Source of the DNA: Rhodocyclaceae bacterium
GTDB lineage: Bacteria > Pseudomonadota > Gammaproteobacteria > Burkholderiales > Rhodocyclaceae
Reading direction: 5' to 3'
Assembly (NCBI GenBank): GCA_035345935.1
Contig: DAORDK010000001.1
Coordinates: 4,242 to 68,241 of the forward strand
Length of the DNA stretch: 64,000 nt
Shown here: one piece after another, positions 39,677 to 48,734 of the stretch
Numbering within the stretch: position 1 is the stretch's first letter
Layout of the letters: every line of letters begins with the position of its first letter
Notes under the pieces: generated by a model
Told to the model about the DNA's origin: nothing
The model's input: only the letters and a program-made list of their open reading frames with translations
Database searches by the model: none
Position numbers and translations under genes: made by a program

Positions 39677-40767
39677 CGATCGCCGAAAGTGCCCATCCGG
39701 GCCGCTGGTGGCACGCCCTCGACGGCGAGCGCATCCAGTGCGACCTCTGCCCCCGGGACTGCCAACTCCACGAAGGCCAGCGCGGGGCATGCTTCGTGCG
39801 CCGGATGGAGGGTGGCAGGATGATCCTCACCACCTGGGGACGGTCATCCGGATTCTGTCTCGACCCCGTCGAGAAGAAGCCTCTGAATCATTTTCATCCC
39901 GGTTCGGCGATCCTCTCCTTCGGTACCGCCGGCTGCAATCTGGCCTGCCGCTTCTGCCAGAACTGGGACATCTCCAAGTCCCGCGACATGGATAGACTGA
40001 TGGATTCCGCCACACCGGAAGCGATCGCTTCGGCAGCGCGGCGCCACGGGGCAGTATCGGTGGCATACACCTACAACGATCCGGTGATCTTTGCCGAGTA
40101 CGCCCTCGACGTCGCCGCCGCCTGCCGTGCGGTCGGCGTACTCAACGTCGCCGTCACTGCCGGGTACATCTACGCGAACCCGCGCCGCGAGTTCTTTGCC
40201 GCCATGGATGCAACCAACGTAGACCTCAAGGCTTTCACCGAGGGTTTCTACAAGAAGCTTTGCAGCGCGCACTTGGCACCCGTCCTCGAGACCCTCGTCT
40301 ATATCCGCCATGAAACGGACTGCTGGCTGGAGATCACCACCCTCTTGATCCCGGGTCAAAACGATTCCGACGAAGAAATCTCGTCTCTGGCCGACTGGAT
40401 TTTCCGCGAACTCGGCCCGGACGTTCCCGTCCATTTCACCGCCTTTCACCCCGACTGGAAGATGCCGGATACGCCCCCCACTCCACCGCAATCCCTCAGC
40501 CGCGCCCGGCGCATCGCCCGCGACCGTGGGCTTCATTTCGTCTATACCGGCAACGTCCACGATGCCGACGGCGGAACTACCCACTGCCCGGGTTGCGGCA
40601 CTCCCCTGGTCGTCCGTGATTGGTACGCCATCCTGGAAAACCGTCTGGGACCCGACGGCCTCTGTCCCGAATGCGGTCACCGTGTCCCCGGCCGCTTCGA
40701 TCGAAGTGCCGGAGAGGGCCGACGCGCTTTCGGCCCCCGGCGGATCCCGATTCAAATCGCGTCGTGA
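39673..40767 (+). CDS. amrS: AmmeMemoRadiSam system radical SAM enzyme
   Basis: 364 aa from the ATG at 39673 (ATGA overlap with amrA). It has an N-terminal Cys cluster (CDLCPRDCQL...GACFVR), the radical-SAM CxxxCxxC (GCNLACRFCQNW) and a C-terminal CPGCG...CPECG. Confidence 0.88.
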   Translation: MTIAESAHPGRWWHALDGERIQCDLCPRDCQLHEGQRGACFVRRMEGGRMILTTWGRSSGFCLDPVEKKPLNHFHPGSAILSFGTAGCNLACRFCQNWDISKSRDMDRLMDSATPEAIASAARRHGAVSVAYTYNDPVIFAEYALDVAAACRAVGVLNVAVTAGYIYANPRREFFAAMDATNVDLKAFTEGFYKKLCSAHLAPVLETLVYIRHETDCWLEITTLLIPGQNDSDEEISSLADWIFRELGPDVPVHFTAFHPDWKMPDTPPTPPQSLSRARRIARDRGLHFVYTGNVHDADGGTTHCPGCGTPLVVRDWYAILENRLGPDGLCPECGHRVPGRFDRSAGEGRRAFGPRRIPIQIAS

Positions 40768-41354
40768 AACGGGATATTTCCTTTCCCACCGGCCACGGCC
40801 GCCTCGCCGGCCTGCTGGAAGCTCCCACCAGCCCGCGGGGACTGGTGCTCGCCGCATCGCTGCATGCGTCCTCCCACGCCAATACCATCGCGGCGGCGCA
40901 CGCCCGCCAATATGCCTGCCTCGTACTCCATCTCCTGACGGGCCAGGAAATTGCATTTGCCGACAATGCCCACAACGTTCCGCTGCTGGCGGACCGGCTT
41001 CTTCAGGTGCTCGAACTCGTCGCCACAGACCCGGATACGGCCGAACTGCCCCTCGCCATTTTTGCCGAAGCCGCCGTCACTCCTGCCGCCGTCCGAGTCG
41101 CCGCTCGCCGGGACCGCCAGATACGCTGCCTGGCTTGCCATGGCGGACTGATCGATGGCGCCGGACTGCAGTACCTCGAGGTGCTTTCTTCGCCCGTGCT
41201 GATGCTGGCCGATATCGAGGACGAAGTGTCCGCGTCCTCTTTTCGCCGCGCCGCCACCCATCTGGCAGGCCCATGGGAACTGCGCAGGGTTCCGTCGGGC
41301 GGCATCCCTGCTGCAATGGCCATGGACTGGTTTGCGCCCTATTTGGTCGCTTGA
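40764..41354 (+). CDS. alpha/beta-hydrolase-fold (dienelactone-hydrolase-like) protein, apparently lacking a nucleophile elbow
   Basis: About 196 aa from the GTG at 40764 (GTGA overlap with the amrS stop), in the frame of track ORF 40620..41354. The layout resembles DLH-type hydrolases, but no G-x-S/C-x-G motif is present; the expected position reads LAIFAEAAV. High third-position GC supports coding. Confidence 0.55.
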   Translation: MKRDISFPTGHGRLAGLLEAPTSPRGLVLAASLHASSHANTIAAAHARQYACLVLHLLTGQEIAFADNAHNVPLLADRLLQVLELVATDPDTAELPLAIFAEAAVTPAAVRVAARRDRQIRCLACHGGLIDGAGLQYLEVLSSPVLMLADIEDEVSASSFRRAATHLAGPWELRRVPSGGIPAAMAMDWFAPYLVA

Positions 41355-41411
41355 GCGTCGGCCTACTCGAATTGGCGCAACGGAAGGCATCCAACGTCTG
41401 GACGGCTTGCT

Positions 41412-44096
41412 TCAGTCAAGCGCGGCCAGTCCGGCAAGGACTCGGTTGACTTCGGCCGTCAAGGCACTGAAATCGGGCTGATCTCCGGCCTTGATTTGCC
41501 TTTCCACTTCGCCTGCCAACTGGTAGAGGTCTGTGGCTGAAACGTTGGCGGCGCTGCCTTTAAGCGTATGGGCAAGGCGGATGGCCGCTTCCCGCTCGCC
41601 CGCGGCCAGGGTAGCCGAAATGCGGCCTGCGGCGTCGGCCGCCTGATTGCGGAAGAGCTTGAGCAAGCGCAACACCACCGGTTCCTTGCCCTGCATACGG
41701 GACAGCAGCGCCGGAAAATCGATGCCGGGAAAATCCCTTCGCTCCCCCAGCGCTTGATCCGCTTCCAAATGCGCTTTGTCTGGAGCGGGTTCCGCAATGC
41801 GCCCATACTGGCGCAGAATGCGGAAAAGGTCGCCGGGCTCAAAGGGTTTGGTCACGACATCGTCCATCCCGGCATCAAGACAAAGCTGTCTATCGTCCCG
41901 ACTGGCATTGGCTGTCAAGGCGATGACCGGCAGAGAGCGCCAAAGCACGTTCGACCGGATTCTCCGTGTGGCTTCGAGGCCATCCATCTCCGGCATCATG
42001 ACGTCCATCAACACCAGGTCGAAGGGCTTGACCGCCAGCCGTTCGAGAACCTCGCGCCCATTCTCGGCCACTTCGGCAACTACGCCGGCGTCGCCCAGAA
42101 TTTCGAGCGCAATCTGCTGGTTGAACCGGTTATCCTCGGCAAGCAGGACGCTGAAGCCCGAAACCACGGTGGGCGGAAGCGATTCGTCGCCGATCCGGGC
42201 CTCGGCATCCCGCTCGACCAAGGTTCGCGACTCGCCCTCCGCCAGACGAAAGCGAACGCTGAACTGGAAGATGCTTCCCTCTCCCGGAACGCTATCGACG
42301 CGTATCGTACCCCCCATCAGGTTCACGAGTTGCCGGCAGATCGCCAGCCCGAGGCCGGTTCCGCCGTACTTGCGAGTGGTGGCGGCATCCGCCTGTTTGA
42401 AGGGTTGAAAGAGTTCCGCCTGCTGCTCGGCACGAATCCCGATTCCGGTATCCCGGACGAAAAAGGCGAGGACTGCGCTCGCCTCGTCTCGATAATCGCA
42501 TCGACAACCCACCTCGACCTGGCCCATGGTCGTGAATTTGATGGCATTGCCGACCAGATTGGTCAGTACCTGAGTAAGCCTCAGCGCGTCTCCCACCAGG
42601 AAGCCGGGAGCCGCACCATCGACTTCGACGCGGTAGTCGAGTCCCTTCTCCAGCGCCAAGGATTGGGCGAAAACGCCCACCTGGTCGATCACTCGTTCGA
42701 GGCTGAATGCCGTCTCCTCAAGCTGCAACCGTCCCGCCTCGATCTTGGAGAAGTCGAGGATATCGTTGATCAGCCCCAGGAGAATCCGGGCCGAATCGCG
42801 AATCTTGCGTACATAGTCCGCCTGCCTGGGGGGAAGATCGGTCTTCAGGGCCAATTGAGACATGCCGATGATGGCATTCATCGGCGTACGAATCTCGTGG
42901 CTCATGGTCGCCAGAAAGCGCCCCTTGGCGGAATTGGCCGCATCCGCTTCCAGGCGGGCGCTCTCCAGGTCCCGGGTTCGTTCTGCAACCAGAACCTCCA
43001 GGCGATTCTTATAGCTGGTCAATTCCTGCTCCGCCCGGCGCCGCTCGGTGATATCCGCTACGATCCAGGTTCTTACTGCCATCGGCCTGCCGGAATCGTT
43101 GGCTCGCCCGGACAGGGCACCCCAAAAGATCTCGCCACTGCGCCGCCGAAGGCGAGCCTCGCAGGAAAAGCTCCCGCCGCCCTGGAGTGCTCCCGCGGCT
43201 TCTCCCCAGACACGGCGAAATTCATCCCCGTCGGCGAAGAAGGTCTCCACCGGCCGACCAGGGAGTTCTCCGGGGGCATAGCCGAGAATCTCCTCAAGCC
43301 TTCGGTTGCTCGAAACCAGGAGCGTTTCATGGGTAACCCCGATGCCCACCAGAGCGTTGGCCAGAACGGCGTTCATTTCGGCGATCAAATGGAGCGAGGA
43401 TGCTTCGGCTTCGCGCAGCCCCCGCAGGACGTCCCGGAAATGCAGGACGGCCCGCGCGAGAGAACCCAGCTCGTCCTCGCGCTCGACGCCTTCCACCTGG
43501 ATGTCGAGATCGTTGGCGACCAATTTTTCCAGGGCTGCGAGGGTACTGCTGAAAGGGCGACCTGCGTTCCGAAACCCGATGGCGAGGCCAACCACCATGG
43601 CTCCGGTAAGCACGCCGTTGAGCAGCAAGGCCTCAAGGACAAGCTTGGTGAATTCGCCGGCAAGACGGGACTTCGAGACGGTGACTTCCACCCGCCCTAC
43701 GGGAACCGTTCGATACGCGTCGGCATAGACAATCATCCGGCTTGCCACCAAGGAAGCGCCTTCGGCCACGCCAAAATCGCCGAAACGCGCGACGACGGCG
43801 CCCTCGGCATCGAGCACGCGCACGCCCAGCACGTCCGGCAGGCCGGCCAACGCACGGGCAGCACTGGCCACCGCCACCGTGTTGAAATCGAAAAGCGGCC
43901 TTGCCAAGGATTCCGACATCAGGATAACGAGGCGCTCGGACAATTCGTTGAGCGCCGCTTCCCGTTCGTCATAGCGAATCTTGATATTCAGCGTCGAGTA
44001 AAGCGTAAAGACCACCCAGACCGAGCCCACTGCCAGGACTGCGAGGCGGAAAAGAACGCTCTCCCGCCACAGGCGAAGCAGCTTTCCCTCCTTCAT
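41412..44096 (-). CDS. hybrid sensor histidine kinase (periplasmic domain-HAMP-PAS-HisKA-HATPase-REC-Hpt)
   Basis: 894 aa with an N-terminal TM plus an approximately 140-aa extracytoplasmic segment plus a second TM. It has the H-box [14 protein letters not shown]-boxes, a receiver ([13 protein letters not shown]...DVMMPEMDG) and Hpt ([10 protein letters not shown]). There is an ATGA overlap with the upstream binding-protein gene. Confidence 0.9.
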   Translation of the reverse strand: MKEGKLLRLWRESVLFRLAVLAVGSVWVVFTLYSTLNIKIRYDEREAALNELSERLVILMSESLARPLFDFNTVAVASAARALAGLPDVLGVRVLDAEGAVVARFGDFGVAEGASLVASRMIVYADAYRTVPVGRVEVTVSKSRLAGEFTKLVLEALLLNGVLTGAMVVGLAIGFRNAGRPFSSTLAALEKLVANDLDIQVEGVEREDELGSLARAVLHFRDVLRGLREAEASSLHLIAEMNAVLANALVGIGVTHETLLVSSNRRLEEILGYAPGELPGRPVETFFADGDEFRRVWGEAAGALQGGGSFSCEARLRRRSGEIFWGALSGRANDSGRPMAVRTWIVADITERRRAEQELTSYKNRLEVLVAERTRDLESARLEADAANSAKGRFLATMSHEIRTPMNAIIGMSQLALKTDLPPRQADYVRKIRDSARILLGLINDILDFSKIEAGRLQLEETAFSLERVIDQVGVFAQSLALEKGLDYRVEVDGAAPGFLVGDALRLTQVLTNLVGNAIKFTTMGQVEVGCRCDYRDEASAVLAFFVRDTGIGIRAEQQAELFQPFKQADAATTRKYGGTGLGLAICRQLVNLMGGTIRVDSVPGEGSIFQFSVRFRLAEGESRTLVERDAEARIGDESLPPTVVSGFSVLLAEDNRFNQQIALEILGDAGVVAEVAENGREVLERLAVKPFDLVLMDVMMPEMDGLEATRRIRSNVLWRSLPVIALTANASRDDRQLCLDAGMDDVVTKPFEPGDLFRILRQYGRIAEPAPDKAHLEADQALGERRDFPGIDFPALLSRMQGKEPVVLRLLKLFRNQAADAAGRISATLAAGEREAAIRLAHTLKGSAANVSATDLYQLAGEVERQIKAGDQPDFSALTAEVNRVLAGLAALD

Positions 44097-44845
44097 CGCT
44101 CGCCCCCACCCGCTCCCGCCAGGGCCTTCACCGCTCTCTCTGCGATCTGCCGGGCGCCCGATGTCCCCAAAGCCTGACGGCTGAATACCAGATAGGCGGC
44201 CCGCCCGACCAAGGCAGGTTCGGGCAGCACCTCGAGCAGACCTTGGGGGTCAATGCGCGGCAAGAGCACCTGCGCCGTGCGCACCTCCACCAGCGCCGTC
44301 CCCAGGTGGCCCGCCTTCAGTTTGCGCAGATTCTGCTCCATGGTTTCTGAATTCTGGTCAAGGACCAGTCCGGGAACTTCGGCGATATCCTCGGCCAGAG
44401 CCCAAGCCCGTGGAACCCCGACCGGCTGGGGCAAGGAGCCGACGCCTTGAGCCGAACGCCAACCTGGCGCAGCGCCTTTCCGGACAACGGCCACGTAGTC
44501 CAGAGTCTCCAGCCGCGACGCCGGATAAACGAGAAACGCCTCGCGTTCCTTGCGGTAAGCCGCTGGATAGGCCGCCGCGTAGAATCCATCGGCCAGGTCC
44601 CGGAGACAGCGTTCCCAGGCCACCACATGGACTACGGCATCGTAACCCGCCTTCCGAAAGGCCTTGGTCACCCGCTCTGCAAGTATCCCGGAAACCTGCT
44701 GGCCGGCCTCTCCGGGAACCGTGAAGGGCGGCCAGTCGGACGCACAGACCCGTAGCGCCGCCCCCTGGACGGACAGGCTCCAGGTCAGCAGCAGTCCGCC
44801 GAGCCAAGAAATCCGTTTGCCTGAACATCTCGATCCGAATCGCAT
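44093..44845 (-). CDS. periplasmic solute-binding protein, family-3 SBP-like, co-encoded with the hybrid kinase
   Basis: 250 aa with a signal-like N-terminus ([17 protein letters not shown]) and a type-2 PBP-like layout. It is translationally coupled (ATGA) to the kinase. Confidence 0.65.
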   Translation of the reverse strand: MRFGSRCSGKRISWLGGLLLTWSLSVQGAALRVCASDWPPFTVPGEAGQQVSGILAERVTKAFRKAGYDAVVHVVAWERCLRDLADGFYAAAYPAAYRKEREAFLVYPASRLETLDYVAVVRKGAAPGWRSAQGVGSLPQPVGVPRAWALAEDIAEVPGLVLDQNSETMEQNLRKLKAGHLGTALVEVRTAQVLLPRIDPQGLLEVLPEPALVGRAAYLVFSRQALGTSGARQIAERAVKALAGAGGGER

Positions 44846-45008
44846 ATGCCTCCAGAGGTCTTACGATACGGGCATCTTGCAGCGCTGTCGAGACTGATCG
44901 ATGGGCTGGCAAACTCCAGCGCGATTCATTTCATCCAGGAACTCCCCGGCACAGCGAACCGGTCCATAACGCTGGACGGCCGCAGGATGCCCCTGGGCGA
45001 GCCAGAGT

Positions 45009-45440
45009 CTAGCTTGTGCCCTGTGCCAGCAGCAGGGCACGGACCTGCTCGTACTCCTTGAGACGAGCGAAGTCTTTCTCGGCCGGTTCCGGGATGCGGC
45101 TGATATCCATGTTTTCTGCGTTGTCTGCCAGTTTGACGATCCGCGCAATGGGATTGGCTGCTGCCCGAGCGGCGGCCTGCAGTCGGGATTCGCCCGAAGT
45201 CTTGGTGAGGGCCTCGACGGCAACCAGGACTGCCGTAGGGAAACCTTCTCGGGAGAGCTGCTCCAGTGTGACAGAAGTATCCTCGACGACGTCGTGCAAG
45301 ACCGCAGCCATGCGCTCATGGGTGCCGGAGACACGCAGCATGACCCTAAGCGGGTGAAGGATGTACGGTTCGCCAGCCTTGTCGACCTGGCCGGCATGGG
45401 CGAGAGCTGCAATTTCAATGGCGCGTTCGAGTGTGCTCAT
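45009..45440 (-). CDS. stand-alone HD-domain protein of the RelA/SpoT (p)ppGpp-hydrolase type (small alarmone hydrolase-like)
   Basis: 143 aa with AHAGQVDKAGEPYILHPLRV and LHDVVEDT, matching the HD hydrolase signature of RSH proteins. It has no synthetase domain. Confidence 0.72.
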   Translation of the reverse strand: MSTLERAIEIAALAHAGQVDKAGEPYILHPLRVMLRVSGTHERMAAVLHDVVEDTSVTLEQLSREGFPTAVLVAVEALTKTSGESRLQAAARAAANPIARIVKLADNAENMDISRIPEPAEKDFARLKEYEQVRALLLAQGTS

Positions 45441-45800
45441 GGCGATTCCTCATTTCTTGCGGCGTTTCTCAAGGCCGTGGTCCTGTGTGTCAAAGCACGC
45501 ATCGGCTGAATCCGGACCTTGCTCAGCGCATCGACGCCGCTTTCCCATGGAAACAACGGCTTATGCCTGAATGCCATGACTTCAGCGCCACTGAGACCGA
45601 TAGCCCCGCCGACTGCTGGAGAGTATCCGCTGACAGACGGCTGCTTGCCAAATGCGCATAATCGTCTGCTGAGGAATGCCCGCACCCGGCGGGTAAACCC
45701 TATGACCACCCTTACCTTCTTGCCATCATACTGACGAAGCGCCTCCCGCCCACTCTGGCTTATCATTCCGCTGAGAGTTTTCACCCCAATTCCCATCCCC

Positions 45801-47093
45801 ATGCAAGACACCGTGCTCCGCGCCTTTTTTGTTGCCCTGGTCACGCTTCTGGGTGTGCTGCCGGCAACTACTGTCCAGGCGCAATCCACCGGAGGCCTGC
45901 GCTTCAGCGGGTACGGCACGCTGGGTTACGTGCAGGACAACAGGAACGACATCGTCGCGATCCGCGATGTCAGCCAGCGCCCCGATTCAAACATGGGCAG
46001 CGGCACCTGGCAGCGGGATAGCCGCCTTGGCATACAAGCGGAGTATCGCGTTAGTCCGGTCGTCGATTTGGTCGCCCAGGCCGTGTTCCGCGATCAGGTT
46101 TCCACCCATGCCACCCATGCCATAGAGCTCGCCTACGCAGGCTTCAAGCCGACCCCCCAACTCGATGTCCGCGTCGGCCGCGTTGGTTATGACGCCTTTT
46201 TGATGTCCGACATCCGCAATGTAGGCTACGCATACCCCTGGGTGCGCCCCTTCACCGAATATTACGGCTGGATACCCTTGTTCTCGGTGGACGGTGCGGA
46301 CATTGCCTACCTTATCCCGCAAGGGGATGCGCAATGGCGCCTCAAAGCCCAGGCGGGTCGCTCGGGACTGGGGATACCGATTGGCGACAGCAAGCTCGAC
46401 GTCAAGGCCGATGATCTCGTGACGCTGACCGTAAGCCGTCGCACCGGCCCCTGGGAGGCAAAACTGGGCTACTCAAGCTTCACCAACCGGAACGAGGTGG
46501 CACCAGGGGGCGGCGGAGGGCTTGCCGCCTTGCAGCAGGGACTCGACACCATCGCCACGGCAACGGCCTCGCTGGCGCCCGCCATCAGCAGCGAGGCGAC
46601 CGACCTGCGCCGTCAGTTGTCCTTCAAGAATGCCCACATGAACTACGTGACACTCGGCGCGGTTTATGACGATGGTCATTTATTGATCCAGGGGGAATTG
46701 GCAAGGACAACGAGCAGTCACAAAGTCGTACCCCACGGCACGATGGGCTACGTCGCCATCGGCTATCGCACCGGCGACTGGACACCATTCATGGCCGTCA
46801 GCGCCACCCGCCCTGGTAACGGCTTGCGCTCGGCCAAGGCCGACTGGAGCGTCATTGGCCAGAGCGCCACCCAGGCGACGGCGATCGCCGTGCTCAACAG
46901 CACCCGCATGGATCAGAAAACCTTGTCTTTCGGAACGCGCTGGGATTTCCAGGAACGGGCAGCGTTGAAAGTGCAGTGGGACATCACTCGCATCGATCCT
47001 CACGGGTACGGCCTGGTGTTCAAGGATCCGGCCCTCGAGACCCGCAGAAGCAGCATGAATCAGCTGACCCTGACGCTGGACTTCCTGTTCTGA
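45801..47093 (+). CDS. outer-membrane beta-barrel protein (porin-like)
   Basis: 430 aa with the signal peptide (...LPATTVQAQS), alternating beta-strand pattern and a C-terminal ...LTLTLDFLF ending in Phe, typical of OMPs. Confidence 0.65.
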   Translation: MQDTVLRAFFVALVTLLGVLPATTVQAQSTGGLRFSGYGTLGYVQDNRNDIVAIRDVSQRPDSNMGSGTWQRDSRLGIQAEYRVSPVVDLVAQAVFRDQVSTHATHAIELAYAGFKPTPQLDVRVGRVGYDAFLMSDIRNVGYAYPWVRPFTEYYGWIPLFSVDGADIAYLIPQGDAQWRLKAQAGRSGLGIPIGDSKLDVKADDLVTLTVSRRTGPWEAKLGYSSFTNRNEVAPGGGGGLAALQQGLDTIATATASLAPAISSEATDLRRQLSFKNAHMNYVTLGAVYDDGHLLIQGELARTTSSHKVVPHGTMGYVAIGYRTGDWTPFMAVSATRPGNGLRSAKADWSVIGQSATQATAIAVLNSTRMDQKTLSFGTRWDFQERAALKVQWDITRIDPHGYGLVFKDPALETRRSSMNQLTLTLDFLF

Positions 47094-47536
47094 TGAAGCG
47101 CTTCCGCCTCCTGCTCGCCCTGCTTCTTTTCCCTTGCTGGGCGGCCTTGTCCGACCCCGCACGGGCCGACGTATTCGTCGTCGTCCATCGCGACAGTCCC
47201 TTGCGTGAACTGACTCCATCCCAGGTTTCCGATCTCTACCTCGGCCGTTCCCGCAGCCTGCCGGGCAGCGAGGCGATCTTGGTCATCGAACGCGGTCAGG
47301 ACAGCAGTTTGCGCGCGAGCTTTTTCCGTCTGCTCAACGGCATGTCGCTCAAGCAGATCAACGCCTACTGGGCTCGGCTGCAATTCAGCGGCCAGGTGCT
47401 ACCGCCGCCGAACTTCGGCGATTCTAAGCTTCTGCTTGCCGCGATCCGCTCGAATCGTCTGGCCATCGGTTACATCGATGCATCCGAAGCCGACGACAGC
47501 GTGAGTGTCGTGCTGCGATTGCGGGATACCCAATGA
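47093..47536 (+). CDS. small periplasmic PstS/PBP-like (half-size) binding protein
   Basis: 147 aa from the ATG at 47093 (TGATG overlap with the porin stop). It has the signal peptide MKRFRLLLALLLFPCWAALSDPARA, and blocks QVSDLYLGR, INAYWARLQFSG and AIGYID resemble PBP_like_2-type proteins. Confidence 0.6.
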   Translation: MKRFRLLLALLLFPCWAALSDPARADVFVVVHRDSPLRELTPSQVSDLYLGRSRSLPGSEAILVIERGQDSSLRASFFRLLNGMSLKQINAYWARLQFSGQVLPPPNFGDSKLLLAAIRSNRLAIGYIDASEADDSVSVVLRLRDTQ

Positions 47537-47549
47537 ACGCATTCCCGCC

Positions 47550-48734
47550 ATGAAACTGCCCGGACGCAGCAGTCTCGAGCGTAAGCTCGGCCTTCGCGTC
47601 GGCGCCGGCCTTGCCGCCTTTGCGGTTGTCGCCGTTCTGTTGACCGCGGCTTTCGCCTATCGCTACCAGTTGCAGGCAAGCCGCGCGCTGCAGAGACAAT
47701 TGATCTCCGTCGTCAGCACTCAGGCCGAAGTGGCTGTGTTTGCCGAAAATGCCATCATCGCCAACGGAGTGATCGATGGCCTCCTCGCCAATCCCCTGCT
47801 GCTCGCGGTGCGTATCCGGTCGAACCAGGGTTTCGTAGCCAGCGGCGGCCAGATCGCCACGTTCGCAGACGCCAATGCCTTTACCAGCTACGCCTTGCAC
47901 GCGCCTAGCAATCCCACCGTCACCATCGGCCAGATCGACGTGGTCATGAATTCCGAGCAGGTCACGGCCGCAGCGCTGACGTCAACCCAGATCCTGCTCG
48001 CCACCATCACCTTGCAGGTCATCCTGGCAGCCGTACTGATCGTCTGGGTATCTCGGCGCGTCATCATCCGCCCCATTGTCGAACTGGCCTCCCACCTGGC
48101 CGAGATCGAGCCCGGCAGCGGCGTTCGCGTCGCGGTCTCCGACAAGCACGAGGACGACGAAATCGGGCAACTCTCCCGCAGCGCCAACGCGCTCATCGAT
48201 GCCCATGAATACGCCCTTGCCGAATTGCGCGCCTTGGCTACCATCGACAGTCTGACCGGCACCTCCAACCGACGCGAATTCATCCGCCGCATGGAGGACG
48301 AACTGGTGCGCATCCAGCGCCTGGAATCAGCCCGCGCCACGATTCTCATGCTTGACATTGATCACTTCAAGAATATCAACGACACCCACGGCCACGCGGC
48401 GGGCGACGCCGCCCTCATGCAACTGGGCACGATCCTGAGGAGCAACGCGCGGCGTATCGATACCGTAGGCCGCATCGGCGGCGAGGAATTCGCCATCCTC
48501 CTGGTCAGCACCGATGTCAGCCAAGGAGCACACTTTGCCGAGCGTCTGCGCACGATAGTGGCCGAGACGCCGGTGGCTTATGAGGGACGGCTTATCCAGA
48601 TGACCATGAGCATCGGGATAACCGAGCTAGCTCAGTCAGACGGCGACTCAACGGTCGCCCTCGCACGCGCTGACAAGGCGCTCTACCTCGCGAAAGACCA
48701 GGGGCGCAACCGCGTCGTGGCCACGCCGATCTAA
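47550..48734 (+). CDS. membrane diguanylate cyclase (periplasmic domain-HAMP-GGDEF)
   Basis: 394 aa from the ATG at 47550. It has two TM segments flanking an approximately 140-aa extracytoplasmic domain and HAMP. The GGEEF active site is preceded by an intact RxxD I-site (RRIDTVGRIGGEEF). Confidence 0.9.
   Translation: MKLPGRSSLERKLGLRVGAGLAAFAVVAVLLTAAFAYRYQLQASRALQRQLISVVSTQAEVAVFAENAIIANGVIDGLLANPLLLAVRIRSNQGFVASGGQIATFADANAFTSYALHAPSNPTVTIGQIDVVMNSEQVTAAALTSTQILLATITLQVILAAVLIVWVSRRVIIRPIVELASHLAEIEPGSGVRVAVSDKHEDDEIGQLSRSANALIDAHEYALAELRALATIDSLTGTSNRREFIRRMEDELVRIQRLESARATILMLDIDHFKNINDTHGHAAGDAALMQLGTILRSNARRIDTVGRIGGEEFAILLVSTDVSQGAHFAERLRTIVAETPVAYEGRLIQMTMSIGITELAQSDGDSTVALARADKALYLAKDQGRNRVVATPI

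Noticed and set aside
45437-45919. 160-aa minus-strand ORF upstream of the HD gene whose stop forms an ATGA overlap with the HD start, which looked like a coupled upstream gene.
   Set aside because: Third-position GC in the stretches I counted is about 50-75 %, versus much higher in real genes here. It has no recognisable motif, its 5' part overlaps the porin gene start, and the ATGA overlap can arise by chance.
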